A DNA stretch of 12,147 nucleotides from Octopus sinensis. Taxonomy: Eukaryota. The position numbers were made by a program, and so were the translations under genes. Under the pieces are notes generated by a model. The model saw only the letters and a program-made list of their open reading frames with translations, did not search any database and was not told the origin of the DNA. This document shows positions 9,428 to 12,147 of the stretch, piece after piece (positions within the stretch are counted from its first letter, which is position 1; the number at the start of each line of letters is the position of its first letter). The DNA is taken from assembly GCF_006345805.1 (NCBI RefSeq), contig NW_021826683.1, positions 1 to 12,147 of the forward strand, read 5' to 3'.

Positions 9428-9456
9428 GGAAATGGTATAGAGTCTATACCATTTCC
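9428..9456. repeat. Perfect palindrome with 14-bp arms and a 1-nt centre
   Basis: GGAAATGGTATAGA-G-TCTATACCATTTCC, centred on G9442. Confidence 0.95.
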
Positions 9457-9459
9457 AAT

Positions 9460-10580
9460 GAAATGAAATTTTTAATATAATGATACTTTTTTTGAAGAAA
9501 ATAACATAGAATGGATCAATTGTGTTGGACTTTGTACAGACGGAGCACAGTCAATGTCAGGAAATAAATCTGGTCTTCAAGCTCTTGTAAAAAACAGAGC
9601 ACCAGAATTATCTGGACGCACTGCATGCTGCACAGATCAGCACTTGTCTCAAGAATATGAGTCCAGAACTGAACGATATTTTTGCGCAAATTACAAAAGT
9701 TATAAACTACATAAAACACAGTCCTTTAAGAGCTAAGCTTTTTGCAAAGCTGTGTGAAGATATGGATTCAAAATATACATCGCTTTTATACTATTGTGAG
9801 GTACGCTGGCTATCTCGTGCAAAAGTGATTAGAAGGGTGTTTGAAACTCAAAGATCAAGTTGCAGATTTTCTTGATGAAAATGGATATTGAAGATGCAAA
9901 GTTGTTCAGGGATGATGACTTTTTTGTCAAATTTGCCTATTAGTTGACATTTTTGGGAAATTGAGTATATTGAATAAATCAATGCAGGGACCACAACTAC
10001 ATTATTCTCTCAAAGGACAAAATAAAAGCATTTATGAAAAAATTGGTATTATGGAAATCAAATATACAAAAAAATATCTAGACATGTTTCCACTTTTAAA
10101 CACCTTTTGCGCCATAGTGAACATTGAAGCAAACAAAGACATATTTGCTGAACATTTGGTTGTTTGTTGAAGCCTTTTGCTCACTATTTTAAAGATCTCG
10201 ACTGTAAAATGTTCGAATGGATACAGAATCCATTTCTTGATGAAGAAGATAATCAATTTGCATTGACAACTTTTGAAAAAGAAAAATTGATAGAATTGTC
10301 ATGCGATACATTATTGAAACAAAATTTTGAGAGGAACCGCTAATTTCTTTTTGGTTGAATGTAAGAACGGAATATGAATTTTGTCGAATAAAGCAATGAA
10401 AGTTTTGTTGCCATTTGCTACTTCATATTTATGCGAACTGATTTTCTGCACTAGCTGCAATTAAATCTAAATATCGAACTCGTTTAGTAGTGACTAATGA
10501 GCTAGAGTAGCACTCTCTGCGATGACACCAAGATTTGAAAACTTTGCGCCAAGATGGAAAAAAAAAATTTATCTCATTAA
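9460..10580 (+). pseudogene. Buster-type hAT transposase, C-terminal part, frameshifted
   Basis: FFEENNIEWINCVGLCTDGAQSMSG, WTHC, VINYIKHSPLRAKLFAKLC, LLYYCEVRWLSRAKV, WIQNPF, LLPFATSYLCE (hAT dimerisation region) and a terminal SH-stop at 10572-10580. Confidence 0.9.
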
Positions 10581-10704
10581 CTTTTTGTTTTAAAAAAATT
10601 GTTTTTGATAAATAATAATTGTATTATATTATGGAATATAAAGGGAGGCGCAAGATTGTCTTTTCTCTAAGGGAGGCGCGTAAAAAAAAGCTTGGAACCC
10701 TCTG
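9460..10704 (+). mobile_element. hAT transposon of the Buster/Charlie (ZBED5/ZBED8-like) group, left half missing
   Basis: The right terminus ...GCTTGGAACCCTCTG (reverse complement CAGAGGGTTCCAAGC) ends at 10704. It is followed by GTATAGAG (10705-10712), which fits the nnnTAnnn Buster target pattern and recurs at 9435-9442. Subterminal AAGGGAGGCGC occurs at 10641 and 10669. Confidence 0.82.
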
Positions 10705-10712
10705 GTATAGAG

Positions 10713-11170
10713 ACTTTCTCAGTGCATTAAGTGGAACATGTTGCCGAATGTGTTCTGAATCGAGTTATCTTTAGTGATGAATCGAAATCAATTTATTTAA
10801 TCCCGATGGAAGAAAATTTGTCTGGAGAAAAAGGGGACAAGGGCTTTAAAGCGAAAATGTTACTACAACAGTCAATTTTGGAAAGGGGAACGTAATGGTT
10901 TGGGCGCATTTACATCGGAATGTTTTTTCGGAACTTGTTTGGATAAAAGGAATTATGAATGGGAACTTATATGTAAGTATCTTGGCGGACTATTTGTTGC
11001 CTTTTTTGGAAAAAACCGTAATCCGTCTCCAATTTATCAGCAAGATAATGAAACAAAGCACACATGCAAGGTGGCTAAAGATTTTTTTAATGAACACCGA
11101 ATTTGAGTATTACAATGGCCTCCTCAAAGTCCCAATTTGAATCCATCGAGCACGTGTGGCCTTCATGAAA
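10713..11170 (+). pseudogene. Tc1-family transposase catalytic fragment (DD34E)
   Basis: NRVIFSDES, GRKFVWRK, GNVMVW/GAF, MNGNLYVSIL and YQQDNETKH...LQWPPQSPNLN/IEHVW, with 34 positions between D2 and E. It has an in-frame stop and frameshifts, and is truncated at both ends. Confidence 0.88.
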
Positions 11171-11406
11171 CATTGCCGCTGGAGTGCCTGCTGGTTGTGT
11201 CGTGTTTTTGATCCGTTGGGTGAGAGATGTGTAGGAAGGGACCTGTCAGTGTCTTACTACTGAAATGGCGTGTCCAATTAGACTTGGCATTTTTATAACT
11301 CTTTTTAGTCATATTTTGAAACATGGCAGGGAAAACATACAAAACTCGAAATGTGTGAATTTTCCTCAATTTCTGACGAACTAACCGCCTTAATGGACTC
11401 CGCCAT
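11170..11406 (-). pseudogene. Possible N-terminal zinc-finger-like fragment of an unidentified (probably mobile-element) ORF
   Basis: ATG at 11406 gives MAESIKAVSSSEIEENSHISSFVCFPCHV, then after a 1-bp shift QNMTKKSYKNAKSNWTRHFSSKT. This is a CxxC...RHxxSKx pattern, but the last His is not seen in frame. Confidence 0.3.
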
Positions 11407-12147
11407 CCCCCCAGGTCGAGCTTAAGTCTAGTAATCTGATTAGACGGTGTGATACAGCATGCAGGGAGGCTCTCAATTTGTACATTGACAATTTACCAAA
11501 GTATTATACTCGGAAATACACAAAACTCGAGTATTGCGTGGTTTGTTGAACTTAGATGCTCATTTCTACCATTCATTATAAATCTAACTGGCGGCGAGTT
11601 TTTGTAGTTTTTTGGATAGGTTGACTGATTTTTGTGTACAGCATTGGCAATCTCACCAGCAATGTGAGGAGTTGAGTGTTACACGTGCTCGGTGTAGCTT
11701 TCCGGCTGATCAAAGCACAATCACGGAATTCCTCGCCGGTTGTTATCCTTTTGTGATTGTGGGAGTTCAATTTTCCTCAGAATTGACCCATTCTAGTTGG
11801 AAGAAGCAAATTTCACGGTATATGACCAATTCCGTGGTAAATGTTGCCAAAAACTGAAGAAAGTGAAAATTTTACTGAGTGGCTTCCCCTACCGAAAATA
11901 CGAAGTGTGTCATTTTGAAGGAAGAGGGGGTGAATTGATCGCATGTCGATGGTGGCGAACAATTGAGTGGAGAGTGGACTTTCCCTCCTGGTCTCTGCTG
12001 TCGTTGGGCCGTTGGAAGCGAGAAAAAAATGCAGAGAATGGAGAACTGTTGATTGGTTTTGTACAGTCTAGTCGACTATTCCGTGGAGAGGAGTGTATAA
12101 TGGGTCACCAGTCACGACCACGTATCTTTGTGGGGGAGGAGACTCCC

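Larger units (their letters stand above)
6252..9437. mobile_element. Putative non-autonomous IS630/Tc1-type element ('element B', ~0.42 kb once the two nested insertions are removed)
   Basis: Left end cTA|TACCATTT (6249-6259) and right end AAATGGTA|TAg (9430-9440) give an 8-bp TIR and a TA duplication in a CTAG context. The body is mainly the 41-bp minisatellite. Pairing the two ends is inferred. Confidence 0.6.

Noticed and set aside
11340-11430. Hammerhead ribozyme around CTGACGA (11373-11379)
   Set aside because: I could not build stem II with a correctly placed GAAA.

Overview
AT-rich, eukaryote-type DNA made almost entirely of nested or fragmented transposable elements; I recognise no host housekeeping, rRNA or tRNA gene. 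From left to right: a short CRE-clade retrotransposon fragment (~162-340); a full-length CGGBP1-like hAT element with TIRs and TSD (527-2524); an unassigned stretch; a KRBA2/SCAND3-type integrase remnant (minus strand); a pogo/Tigger DD30D remnant; and an IS630-like DD35E transposase remnant. The most structured part is a nest at 6249-10712. A putative non-autonomous IS630/Tc1-type element (TA|TACCATTT...AAATGGTA|TA) consists mostly of a 41-bp minisatellite. It contains a 5'-truncated, poly(A)-tailed CRE-clade RLE retrotransposon inserted in the minisatellite, and a near-intact IS630-like DD33E element with 7-bp TIRs and a one-sided 20/21-bp tandem array. Next comes a Buster/Charlie hAT whose left half is replaced by a perfect inverted copy of its flank. 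A Tc1 DD34E fragment and an unassigned zinc-finger-like fragment close the window. Family calls come from motifs translated by eye; no database search was run. Many frameshifts are single-base indels and could be long-read assembly errors.
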